Shown here: positions 51,270-59,058 of the stretch, one piece after another
How the letters are laid out: each line of letters begins with the position of its first letter
Numbering within the stretch: position 1 is the stretch's first letter
The notes under the pieces: model-generated
Seen by the model: the letters and a program-made list of their open reading frames with translations, nothing else
What the model was told of the DNA's origin: nothing
Database searches by the model: none
Made by a program: the position numbers and the translations under genes
IMG/VR virus record: IMGVR_UViG_3300031521_000043
Coordinates: 1-64,000 of that record
Reading direction: 5' to 3' (one strand)
Origin: a virus
Length of the DNA: 64,000 bases

Positions 51270-52295
51270 TTAGTAATATCCTATTATATCTATAGTCGTT
51301 GTTCTGGAAGAACCTACGGATGTTAGAAAAAATGACGCAGACCCATTTAAGTCAATTGTTACCGGATACATTCCTTGACCAGAACAATCCGTTCCAGAAT
51401 CATCATTTCGTATAGCTCCCAGCCTATATGCTCCAGAACTACTCGTTACATATGATTGATATGCGGTTGAATTAAATCCAGAGGTAATCCAATATTGCAA
51501 TATAACTACTTTAGTAAATAATGGTATAGATACAACGGAACATGTTATAAATTTTCCTGCTGGAGACACAGGCAATGTAGTTGAGTTTACTAAATTTATT
51601 GGTGTTATGAATTTTGGCCCAAGGTTTTGACTTACAAAACTAGCAGTTTCAGATAAAACACTATAATTTGATGAGTTTGCTGTATTAGAATTATTTGCTT
51701 GATATGCGTATGATGATGTCAATGTCATCGACGATGATACGGAGTATGATGCCGATATAGAGTATGATGCGGCGTTTGCGTTTGAAGAGGTTATTGCATA
51801 TGACGCCGTTCCATTGGACGTTCCGTTATAAATTAAATTACTAGAAGACGTGGAAGTGTCAGATAATAATGACCGTAAGGCGTATGACGCCGTTCCGTTT
51901 GGAAATCCAGAATATATTAAATATGAAGCCGTATCAGCGTTACTTGTAGACGTTACACAAAAATTTGAATATGATGCTGAGTTTGAAAGTAACGCATACG
52001 AACTAGAAGTTGCTGTGTTAGCGTATGAGCTTGAGATTGATGTTGTTGATAATGATGATGTTAATGCTGCTGTTACTGTTCCGTGTACATTGTTACCATT
52101 GACATAAGAAGCCGTATCAGCCGTCGTCGCATGATAAGCGGAAAAACTTCCACTTCCTTCTATAAATAAAAGTAATTGACCAATTTCCAACTTCTTTGAC
52201 TCCCGTTGACTCATATCAGTCACAAGGAGTAAGTCGTTCGACTGTAAATCAGTTGCAAAAAGGTCGATTAGTTGCGATACTCGTTCATTAGCCAT
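51270..52295 (-). CDS. Tail fibre-like protein with TASY repeats
   Basis: RVSQL..DLLLVTD..RESKK N-terminus shared with 49263-51266. Confidence 0.65.
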   Translation of the reverse strand: MANERVSQLIDLFATDLQSNDLLLVTDMSQRESKKLEIGQLLLFIEGSGSFSAYHATTADTASYVNGNNVHGTVTAALTSSLSTTSISSSYANTATSSSYALLSNSASYSNFCVTSTSNADTASYLIYSGFPNGTASYALRSLLSDTSTSSSNLIYNGTSNGTASYAITSSNANAASYSISASYSVSSSMTLTSSYAYQANNSNTANSSNYSVLSETASFVSQNLGPKFITPINLVNSTTLPVSPAGKFITCSVVSIPLFTKVVILQYWITSGFNSTAYQSYVTSSSGAYRLGAIRNDDSGTDCSGQGMYPVTIDLNGSASFFLTSVGSSRTTTIDIIGYY

Positions 52296-52321
52296 AAATT
52301 GTATAACCTATAAATAGACGG

Positions 52322-53053
52322 TTATATGCTTTTCTTGACTTTTTTAATGATGAACTTAACTAAAGCGCTACGTACAATGTCATCTTCCGTGAATTTAAAC
52401 ACATGAATACCTTGCGCCCTCGATTCGTCGTCATCAAAATGAGATATCATTTTAACAAATCCACTTTTTCCATTGATATCCGATTGGTCTGGGTCACCTA
52501 AAACAAATACTTTGCTAAATTCACCGGTTCTAGTAATCAGAGTAAATAATTCTTTAACGGTCATGTTTTGAGATTCATCTGAAATAATTACTTTAGCATT
52601 CCAGTTTAATCCTCTTAAGAATCCAACCGGAACAGACGAAATACGTTCTTCTTTTTTAAGATATTCAACGTCAGTAGATGGAAGTAATTCCATTAATTTA
52701 TCTACCAATGGAGCCAAATATGGAGCCATTTTATCATCTGCTTCACCTGGTAAAAATCCAAGTTTGGCATCGGATGATTCTACAGCAGAACGAATATAAA
52801 TGATATCGCTCATTCGTCTTTCATTTAATAGTTGAAGAGCAGAATAAACTGCCATGTAAGTTTTTGATGTTCCTGCTGGCCCTGTTACAAATATAATTTT
52901 TGTATTTTTATCCATAGCAACTTCTAAAAATTGCTTTTGTTTATCATTCAATTCTCTTTTACGAATTGACAATTTGATTTTGATTTTATCACGTTGTGGA
53001 ATACTAGGGCTATTGTCCTGAACTTTAGTTTGGTCGATGCGTTTTGTTTTCAT
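52322..53053 (-). CDS. phoH: PhoH-family ATPase
   Basis: GPAGTSKT, LGFLPG, FLRG, DESQN, TRTGE and GDPDQSD motifs. Confidence 0.92.
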   Translation of the reverse strand: MKTKRIDQTKVQDNSPSIPQRDKIKIKLSIRKRELNDKQKQFLEVAMDKNTKIIFVTGPAGTSKTYMAVYSALQLLNERRMSDIIYIRSAVESSDAKLGFLPGEADDKMAPYLAPLVDKLMELLPSTDVEYLKKEERISSVPVGFLRGLNWNAKVIISDESQNMTVKELFTLITRTGEFSKVFVLGDPDQSDINGKSGFVKMISHFDDDESRAQGIHVFKFTEDDIVRSALVKFIIKKVKKSI

Positions 53054-53384
53054 CAGTAGGTTTAACGGACGTTTCCTTTATTGTTTTTTGTAACCTAACT
53101 ACTCTTGGGCAATTTTCATATTCTTCATTTCTCATATAGTAAGAATATATGTTGTCAAGATTAGTTAAATAATCTTTTTCTGATAATGTGATTACAAAAT
53201 CAGAATTCTTGAATTGAAATACTTCAATGAGGGGGAGTTTATGTTCAATAGCATATTCAATTATGCCCACCACTTGTTCCATCATGTCAACTTTGAATTT
53301 TTGAGAAAATGATTGTAAGTCCTTGTTCTCGGACGGAAGAACGTATATAGGCGGTATGTCAATGGTATTCTTTTTTTCTGCCAT
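53025..53384 (-). CDS. Hypothetical protein
   Basis: ORF ending with a EEYENC motif; overlaps the phoH start. Confidence 0.6.
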   Translation of the reverse strand: MAEKKNTIDIPPIYVLPSENKDLQSFSQKFKVDMMEQVVGIIEYAIEHKLPLIEVFQFKNSDFVITLSEKDYLTNLDNIYSYYMRNEEYENCPRVVRLQKTIKETSVKPTDENKTHRPN

Positions 53385-53424
53385 AATCTTCAACGAATAA
53401 ATATCAGGTAACAATTGCAAAAAG

Positions 53425-53458
53425 AAAAAACGTAGCAGATTTCTCTACTACGTTTTTT
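53425..53458. terminator. Intrinsic terminator, likely bidirectional
   Basis: aaaaaacgtag...ctacgtttttt. Confidence 0.7.
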
Positions 53459-53479
53459 ATTTATCTATATGCGAGTATT

Positions 53480-53788
53480 TTATTTTTTTAACTCATTAAT
53501 GCGATTTTGTGCGATTTTTTGCCACTTCCGAACTGTTTTTGAACTAACGTTTTTATAATCTAACATTCCTTTTTTTAGAAGATTTTGAACTTCATTTTCT
53601 GTCATGGCGTTTTCGATTAGATTTGATAGTCCTGGGTCTGGAACAGATTTGAGTGAACCTACATGAGTAGTACGAATGATTGGAGTGTCACCATACTTCA
53701 TAATTTCTCTTACCGCAGTTTTCTTCTCTTCAAAAGAACTGGAAGAGTTTGCTTGTGTCCGAATTTGTTGAATCTGAGTTTTATTCAT
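53480..53788 (-). CDS. Hypothetical protein
   Basis: ORF within the operon. Confidence 0.6.
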   Translation of the reverse strand: MNKTQIQQIRTQANSSSSFEEKKTAVREIMKYGDTPIIRTTHVGSLKSVPDPGLSNLIENAMTENEVQNLLKKGMLDYKNVSSKTVRKWQKIAQNRINELKK

Positions 53789-53790
53789 AA

Positions 53791-54078
53791 TTACCAAATA
53801 CGGTGTTTCTTTTTATCATACTGAACGATTTCAACTTTCGTTCCATCTGGCCATCGTTTTACAACTCTTTGCCAAAACGACTTTTCTGTGATTGCTCTTT
53901 CTTCGTCAGGGTTTTCATAGTCTTTATCTGAAACTCTCAATCCACCACGAACAACCACATATTTTATGGCTGCCTGACCTGGTGTCCAAGTTTCTTGTTC
54001 CACGTATTCGTTAATGGGAACTTCCAGATTAGGAACTGCGTCTGGTTGTGTCCGGTTTTTTGTCTTTTTATTTTCCAT
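53791..54078 (-). CDS. Hypothetical protein
   Basis: 95 aa; TTGACT-type promoter upstream. Confidence 0.6.
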   Translation of the reverse strand: MENKKTKNRTQPDAVPNLEVPINEYVEQETWTPGQAAIKYVVVRGGLRVSDKDYENPDEERAITEKSFWQRVVKRWPDGTKVEIVQYDKKKHRIW

Positions 54079-54305
54079 TACGGTTTTATTATGTCATAGT
54101 TTAACTAAAAGTCAAATAGATTTTGGTATTTATAAAATGTATTTATAATCATATGTATAGATGTGGATTGACTCGGTTTGATAATATTAAATTTCACCTA
54201 CGATGTTTGATTCGCATCCAAGGTTTGCTTTTACGCAAAAAAATACGACTTTCAGAATATTTCCGAAAGTCGAAATTTTTTATTGATGGTATTTTTAGAG
54301 CTATA

Positions 54306-54497
54306 TCATTCAAATTCCCATAATTCCCATTTAGTCATTCCGATGGTTCCGGCAATCATTCCTATTAAGAATCCAAGAACTGCTGCAAGAATGATAGAAA
54401 TATTAAATAAGAATGATACCAATCCCCACATAGCAGAAACCACTATCATCGTAAATGACCATTTTAATATATTATTCCATTTCCAAATAGTTTTCAT
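54306..54497 (-). CDS. Small two-TM membrane protein
   Basis: Two hydrophobic helices. Confidence 0.55.
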   Translation of the reverse strand: MKTIWKWNNILKWSFTMIVVSAMWGLVSFLFNISIILAAVLGFLIGMIAGTIGMTKWELWEFE

Positions 54498-55177
54498 AAA
54501 TTTTCTTCTGTTTTTCTGAAGAACCACTTATCATATTCGCCACGACATGCGGCGTAATCTGCGCTGTGAATAATTCTTGGTAAGTTTGTTTTCAAATACA
54601 ATTCTTGATTATATTGTTTGAGATATTTTTCAGTTCCTTCGTTAAATAATCCGTCTGCCAATTTAATACCCAGATATTCTTTCCAATCGTAGACAACTCC
54701 ATATTTTTGTAGAAGATAAATTGCTCGGTCTGTGACTTCCATATAAGGAAGATTTGGATTCATTTTGTAGAATTCTCCCTTCTTATACTTCCAATCTTGG
54801 TCTTGTGGAGCATAGTATTCACCAAATTCAGGGTCACCTAATTTACCTAAATCGTGATGCATTGCAGCAAACACCATTTGTTCATCATTAAAATCTATTT
54901 TACATCCTGCAAGTTCAAAAAGTTTTTTAGAAGCGAATGACATTTTAATGACATTCATAATGTGTTGAAGATATCCGCCTGGATGGCATAAATGATAATG
55001 TTCACACATTGCAGCGGGAGCAGTAGCAAGTGATAGTCCTAATGCTCCGTCATCATCAGAATACATTTTAAGTAGTTTTGTTTTTCGTTCTCCTTTGAAG
55101 GTACTTCCGACAAACGATAGAAATTCTTGATAATTTTCTTGAATCTCTCCATCAGTTAAATTTGGCTTTTCAATCAT
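54494..55177 (-). CDS. HD-domain phosphohydrolase
   Basis: H..GGYLQH, HHDLGK and IIHSAD motifs. Confidence 0.85.
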   Translation of the reverse strand: MIEKPNLTDGEIQENYQEFLSFVGSTFKGERKTKLLKMYSDDDGALGLSLATAPAAMCEHYHLCHPGGYLQHIMNVIKMSFASKKLFELAGCKIDFNDEQMVFAAMHHDLGKLGDPEFGEYYAPQDQDWKYKKGEFYKMNPNLPYMEVTDRAIYLLQKYGVVYDWKEYLGIKLADGLFNEGTEKYLKQYNQELYLKTNLPRIIHSADYAACRGEYDKWFFRKTEENL

Positions 55178-55215
55178 ATAACACGAATATTAACAGAGAA
55201 TTAAGAATAATCAAT

Positions 55216-55359
55216 TTATTTTAAAAGAACAAGTTCTATCTCTTTTAAAATTTTACAACGATGTAATTTGGTTAATTTGTCTTCGTTTGGCCAAGGATGG
55301 TTGTAATCCATTTTTATTTTTTCTAATAATGTCCTTGTTTTTTTATTGAATAGTTTCAT
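55216..55359 (-). CDS. Small hypothetical protein (47 aa)
   Basis: Manual translation MKLFNKKTRTLLEKIKMDYNHPWPNEDK... Confidence 0.4.
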   Translation of the reverse strand: MKLFNKKTRTLLEKIKMDYNHPWPNEDKLTKLHRCKILKEIELVLLK

Positions 55360-55396
55360 ATCGAAGTTACTGAAGGAAGTCAAGAAGAATATAAAA

Positions 55397-55487
55397 TGGC
55401 GGATGACAAGAGAATCGAACTCTCACCGGCTTTTGACCGGAACTGTTTTCGAGACAGCCGCAACAAACCAATATTTGCCTATCATCC
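55397..55487 (-). tRNA. tRNA-Ser(CGA)
   Basis: Anticodon arm GCUGU-CUCGAAA-ACAGU; long variable arm; GCCA end. Confidence 0.9.
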
Positions 55488-55490
55488 AAA

Positions 55491-55658
55491 TTAACTTTTT
55501 AATCGTTTACGTCCATTACGACGGTGACATACAGAACACCTTTTCCAGGGACGAACGGCATCCATATCACAAATACAATAAAATAATTTTCGTCTAGGTG
55601 TTAAAACTTTATCACGATTAGTTTGAGGATAGTCATCATCATAATAACTTTGATTCAT
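55491..55658 (-). CDS. Small Cys-containing protein (55 aa)
   Basis: Manual translation ...FYCICDMDAVRPWKRCSVCHRRNGRKRLKS. Confidence 0.55.
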   Translation of the reverse strand: MNQSYYDDDYPQTNRDKVLTPRRKLFYCICDMDAVRPWKRCSVCHRRNGRKRLKS

Positions 55659-55659
55659 A

Positions 55660-55899
55660 TTAAAATCGTGAAAATCTCATTCGCTGATAATGATATTCCC
55701 AACAACCATTACAATTTTGTTTTGGTGGTTTTAAACCATTAAAATCTGGATGTAACTTACAATGTAAGTTTTCAATTCTATGACTTAAATCTAATGTTTC
55801 TATGTTAAATTGTTTACCATCTGGTAAAATAAAAGATACCGAACCTGTCTCTGGTTCCGTAATTTCTTTTACGAAAAATCTTTTTAACCAATTGAACAT
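55660..55899 (-). CDS. Hypothetical protein (start moved downstream of the tRNA)
   Basis: MFNWLKRFF...CKLHP..CNGCW. Confidence 0.55.
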   Translation of the reverse strand: MFNWLKRFFVKEITEPETGSVSFILPDGKQFNIETLDLSHRIENLHCKLHPDFNGLKPPKQNCNGCWEYHYQRMRFSRF

Positions 55900-55906
55900 A
55901 ATAAAT

Positions 55907-55998
55907 TGGCGGTTGCGATAGGATTTGAACCTACGGGCCGCCTTTCGACGACCTCCTGATTTCCAATCAAGTGCGATAGACCACTCTGCCACACAACC
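55907..55998 (-). tRNA. tRNA-Ser(GGA)
   Basis: CUUGA-UUGGAAA-UCAGG; long variable arm; GCCA end. Confidence 0.92.
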
Positions 55999-56002
55999 GA
56001 AG

Positions 56003-56165
56003 CAACGAATTTTATGAACCTTCAAGAATCTCGTCTTGATTACAAAGTCACGACTTGTGAATGTGACATCCTATCATGGTCTTCGGTGAAACTTAATCAC
56101 CTACTTATTTTTCATGATTTTCTTGAGTATAAAATACGTCAAGATTAAAATTTAGGTATTCGTTG
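56003..56165 (-). ncRNA. Candidate structured ncRNA of unknown family
   Basis: Closing stem CAACGAAU/AUUCGUUG with four internal hairpins; TTGACA-17-TATATT promoter upstream. Confidence 0.5.
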
Positions 56166-56203
56166 TTATGATATAAATATACCACACATTAGTAAGAATG
56201 TCA

Positions 56204-56242
56204 AAAAGAAAACGCTCATCGAAAATTATTTTTCAATGAGCG
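56204..56242 (-). terminator. Intrinsic terminator
   Basis: cgcucauugaaaa...uuuucgaugagcg followed by UUUUCUUUU. Confidence 0.7.
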
Positions 56243-56254
56243 AATTTGTTAACT

Positions 56255-56328
56255 TGGCTGAATCGGATGGAATCGAACCATCACCAGAACTTTCAGAGAG
56301 TCCTGCGCTACCACTACGCCACGATTCA
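56255..56328 (-). tRNA. tRNA-Gln(CUG)
   Basis: GGACU-CUCUGAA-AGUUC; GCCA end. Confidence 0.92.
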
Positions 56329-56334
56329 ATACAA

Positions 56335-56478
56335 TTAAAGCTTTACGCCGGCTTTTTCAGCAGCAGCTTTAACAGCGGTCAATTCTTTTTCGACAATTGC
56401 TTTGTTCTTACGACCAAAGAGTACGCCGAAAACGAAAGCGCCGACACCTACAACTGCCACAACTACGATAGTAATCAT
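56335..56478 (-). CDS. Small single-TM protein (47 aa)
   Basis: MITIVVVAVVGVGAFVFGVLFGRKNK...; TATTTATA upstream. Confidence 0.6.
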   Translation of the reverse strand: MITIVVVAVVGVGAFVFGVLFGRKNKAIVEKELTAVKAAAEKAGVKL

Positions 56479-56572
56479 ATATTTTCCTTTTTTATTTCGT
56501 TAATTTTATTTCAACTAACCACTGTGGTCAGTATCTATAAATATATGACTGAGAATGTAAAAACACTAAAAT

Positions 56573-56646
56573 TGGTGGAGCCACTGAGAATCGAACTCAG
56601 GCCTTTTCATTGCGAGTGAAACGTATTTCCACTTTACCATGACCCC
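56573..56646 (-). tRNA. tRNA-Ala(CGC)
   Basis: UUUCA-CUCGCAA-UGAAA; G3:U70; ACCA end. Confidence 0.92.
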
Positions 56647-56670
56647 AAAGTCTTCCAAAAAAGGAAGACA

Positions 56671-56825
56671 CTAGATACAGAATTTAAGGTTATCTCCTAA
56701 GCCCTTTTTACAACTTACTTCTGTTGAGCGTTTTTAACGTAGCCACTGCTACGACCTGTCATCGACAGGATTTATCCCTTACGGGTTGTTTTTTAGTATA
56801 ATTTTTATTGCTGTGACCGTATCTA
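56671..56825 (-). ncRNA. ACAGCAA-stem ncRNA, long form
   Basis: UAGAUACGG-UC-ACAGCAA...CUGUAUCUAG enclosing several hairpins; motif repeated at 60578-60640. Confidence 0.6.
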
Positions 56826-56829
56826 AAAT

Positions 56830-56904
56830 TGGTGGAGCCACCGGGAATCGAACCCGAATCCTATCACTGCCAGCGATATGTCCTACCGTTGAACGATGAC
56901 CCCC
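56830..56904 (-). tRNA. tRNA-Ala(GGC)
   Basis: UAUCG-CUGGCAG-UGAUA; G3:U70; ACCA end. Confidence 0.92.
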
Positions 56905-56907
56905 ATT

Positions 56908-57173
56908 AATAACGTAGCCGTAGCCGCGGTTCTGTTTTTATCTTTACATTTATCTCAGACTTCTTTCGAAGTAAGTCCCTTACGGGATGCCTCAACCCGG
57001 ACTTTTACAACGGGAAACATTACCCTTTGTCCTGTTTGAGTTGCTCCTAATTTGTGGTGTTAACGGGCGTCTTGTTCTCCAGACTCTACCCTCCCAATCA
57101 TCTGTTTTGGAGCCGCGAACTTCCTCTAATAGTGTTTGTTAACAAGTATCAGCGTAAAGTCGCTTGCGTCATT
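56908..57173 (-). ncRNA. rnpB: RNase P RNA, compact, with reduced specificity domain
   Basis: CR-I GAGGAAGUUCGCGGCUCC, CR-IV AGAUAAAU and CR-V ACAGAACCGCGGCUA. P2 CUUUACG/UGUAAAG, P4 with bulged U, P5 CUCC/GGAG and P15 CUCAA/UUGAG all pair. Confidence 0.9.
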
Positions 57174-57194
57174 AAATCTCAAAGAACTGTAATA

Positions 57195-57222
57195 ACTATA
57201 CTTCAAAATTCTCAAATGTCAA
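57195..57222 (-). promoter_or_regulatory. Sigma70-type promoter for the RNase P RNA/tRNA transcript
   Basis: TTGACA-16 nt-TATAGT. Confidence 0.7.
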
Positions 57223-57228
57223 GCGTGA

Positions 57229-57615
57229 TTACTTTTCACCAAATCTTTGAACGGTTTTAATGCCTACAATACCTATCAAAATTTCTACTATTTCTTGTGG
57301 TAAAGATGGAATCGTATAAACTCCATGACATATACCAACAATATATGCTAGTAACCAAATAATAAATACTCCACATCCCCACAATAACATTAAAATACGA
57401 ATAGATGAAACTCCGCCTGTATTATCTTGAATCATACTTGAAAATACGTTTACTTTATTATCATTTCCATTTATTACTGTTGTAGAAGAAATATTAGTTC
57501 CAGAATTTACGACGGGCATTTGAACTGTTTGTGTTGGTTGAGTTACAACATTACCATCGGAATTTGGCTGAACAAATCCAGCTTGTGTCATCTCATCCTG
57601 TGAAATATTTATCAT
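57229..57615 (-). CDS. Two-TM membrane protein (holin-like)
   Basis: SSIR followed by two TM segments and a QRFGEK end; TATTTATA 3 nt before the ATG. Confidence 0.55.
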   Translation of the reverse strand: MINISQDEMTQAGFVQPNSDGNVVTQPTQTVQMPVVNSGTNISSTTVINGNDNKVNVFSSMIQDNTGGVSSIRILMLLWGCGVFIIWLLAYIVGICHGVYTIPSLPQEIVEILIGIVGIKTVQRFGEK

Positions 57616-57630
57616 ATTTATAAATATATA

Positions 57631-57663
57631 AAAAAACGTATCAATAATTTATCATTGATACGT
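57631..57663 (-). terminator. Intrinsic terminator after the tRNA run
   Basis: acguaucaau/auugauacgu stem followed by a U tract. Confidence 0.75.
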
Positions 57664-57671
57664 CTTAAATT

Positions 57672-57748
57672 TGGTGGCGCCTATGAGATTCGAACTCATA
57701 CATTCTACTTTCTCAGAGTAGCGACTCCTACCGTTGGTCTAAAGCGCC
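57672..57748 (-). tRNA. tRNA-Leu(GAG), short variable loop
   Basis: CUACU-CUGAGAA-AGUAG; ACCA end. Confidence 0.85.
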
Positions 57749-57752
57749 GAAA

Positions 57753-57830
57753 TGGTATGCGTGACAGGACTCGAACCTGTGATAAATCTCGGTGTAAACG
57801 AGACGCCGTTGCCGCTGGAGCCACACGCAC
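57753..57830 (-). tRNA. tRNA-Val(UAC)
   Basis: UCUCG-UUUACAC-CGAGA; ACCA end. Confidence 0.9.
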
Positions 57831-57839
57831 ATTAAAAAC

Positions 57840-57917
57840 TGGTCGGAATGGTGGGATTCGAACCCACGACCCCCTGCGCCCAAGGCAGGTGCGCTAGCCA
57901 AGCTGCGCTACATTCCG
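57840..57917 (-). tRNA. tRNA-Pro(UGG)
   Basis: CCUGC-CUUGGGC-GCAGG; C1:G72; ACCA end. Confidence 0.95.
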
Positions 57918-57926
57918 AAATAAAAT

Positions 57927-58018
57927 TGGCGGAGTAGAAGGGATTTGAACCCTCATTGCTTTTTAGGGCAAACAAGTTTAGCAAACTTGCGCTACCAGCC
58001 GTATTAGCCTCTAACTCC
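57927..58018 (-). tRNA. tRNA-Ser(GCU)
   Basis: CAAGU-UUGCUAA-ACUUG; long variable arm; GCCA end. Confidence 0.9.
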
Positions 58019-58181
58019 ATTATAACATTGATATTTTATAGTGATTCAAGGTCTAACCACTGCCGAATTAGCAATTTTCGGTTTCCCTTTATAAGGGCAA
58101 ATTGGCCGCTCTATTTTACCCTCACTCACAGTCGTAAATCGCTGTATAGAGTTAAAGGATTGATACGGAATTACGATAAAT

Positions 58182-58274
58182 TGGCGGTTGGAGAGGGATT
58201 CGAACCCCCGGCACGTTTTTAGGGTGCTATAGTTTTCAAGACTATCGCCATAAGCCGGACTCGGCCACCCAACC
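58182..58274 (-). tRNA. tRNA-Ser(UGA)
   Basis: AUAGU-CUUGAAA-ACUAU; long variable arm; GCCA end. Confidence 0.93.
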
Positions 58275-58323
58275 GTATGTCAATAACTATATCATCAATT
58301 ACAAAATAGTCAATAATAAAATG

Positions 58324-58425
58324 TGAATAATTAGAAAAGGATTCGAACCTTCGGTCAATCCACTTAAGGATTCGACATGACGTTCAATCGCCAATACAAT
58401 AAACCACTCTGACACCTAATCATTC
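58324..58425 (-). ncRNA. Atypical class-II tRNA-like RNA or pseudo-tRNA
   Basis: Good D-loop and GUUCGAAU T-loop, but a 6-nt anticodon loop, an 11-bp acceptor-like stem and no CCA. Confidence 0.6.
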
Positions 58426-58453
58426 GTTTGTTTGTTAACAATCAAACATTTAT

Positions 58454-58696
58454 TCATATAGACAAATGTGTTTTAGACCATATTCTTAATTTAATATACC
58501 ATATTATCATGTTCAATTTAAATTTTGAATAATAACGTGGTATAAAATATCTAACTTCGTATTTTAAATAACTTTTTATCGTGATTGGATAATAATAAGT
58601 TAATATATGTTTATAAAAATGATATCTTGATTTATGATGTTCTTTATGTTCATCATACCTTACTACAAACTGATTTTTAAAACATGTATTAAACAT
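58454..58696 (-). CDS. Hypothetical Tyr/Lys-rich protein
   Basis: 80 aa ORF. Confidence 0.4.
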   Translation of the reverse strand: MFNTCFKNQFVVRYDEHKEHHKSRYHFYKHILTYYYPITIKSYLKYEVRYFIPRYYSKFKLNMIIWYIKLRIWSKTHLSI

Positions 58697-58714
58697 AAAT
58701 TATTTTAAGGTCTA

Positions 58715-58865
58715 TTAACAATCAAATATTTGTTGATATTTTCCAATGGTCATATGAAAACACTTTATATGACCTGAAGGTGGTAATGTATACTTACTAT
58801 AAATCGACATACCAAGTTCTTCTCTAATTTTTTCTAATCTTTTCTTGATGTCAAAGGTCGATTCA
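58715..58865 (-). pseudogene. C-terminal remnant of a 2H phosphoesterase
   Basis: KRLEKIREELGMS...CFHMTIGK resembles ERIEDVREELGL...WHLTIGN of 59671-60051; in-frame TAG upstream and no first His motif. Confidence 0.6.
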
Positions 58866-59028
58866 ATCTACCTTCAAGAGTTGGCCATTTTGGAGTCAAT
58901 TTTACAACATTTTTTCCATGTCTCCCACATTCATAACATATTGCGTCGGGATACTTTTCTAATTCTTCTGGTGTCACGTTATCACACCATTTACAATCGT
59001 CGTATTTTTCCATGTCTGATATTATCAC
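58834..59028 (-). CDS. Small Zn-finger protein
   Basis: CKWC..CYEC motifs. Confidence 0.5.
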   Translation of the reverse strand: MIISDMEKYDDCKWCDNVTPEELEKYPDAICYECGRHGKNVVKLTPKWPTLEGRLNRPLTSRKD

Positions 59029-59058
59029 ACTTTATAAATATGTCAAGCGTTCAAATTA

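Noticed and set aside
43426-52107. Plus-strand Ala/Asp-rich ORFs (43426-43812, 48747-49025, 50713-51207, 51850-52107) with AYDAV repeats
   Set aside because: Mirror translations of the TASYA/Ala-rich repeats on the coding strand.
48242-52295. Diversity-generating retroelement targeting the fibre tips
   Set aside because: No reverse transcriptase and no adenine-specific TR/VR pair; the one long repeat found is exact.
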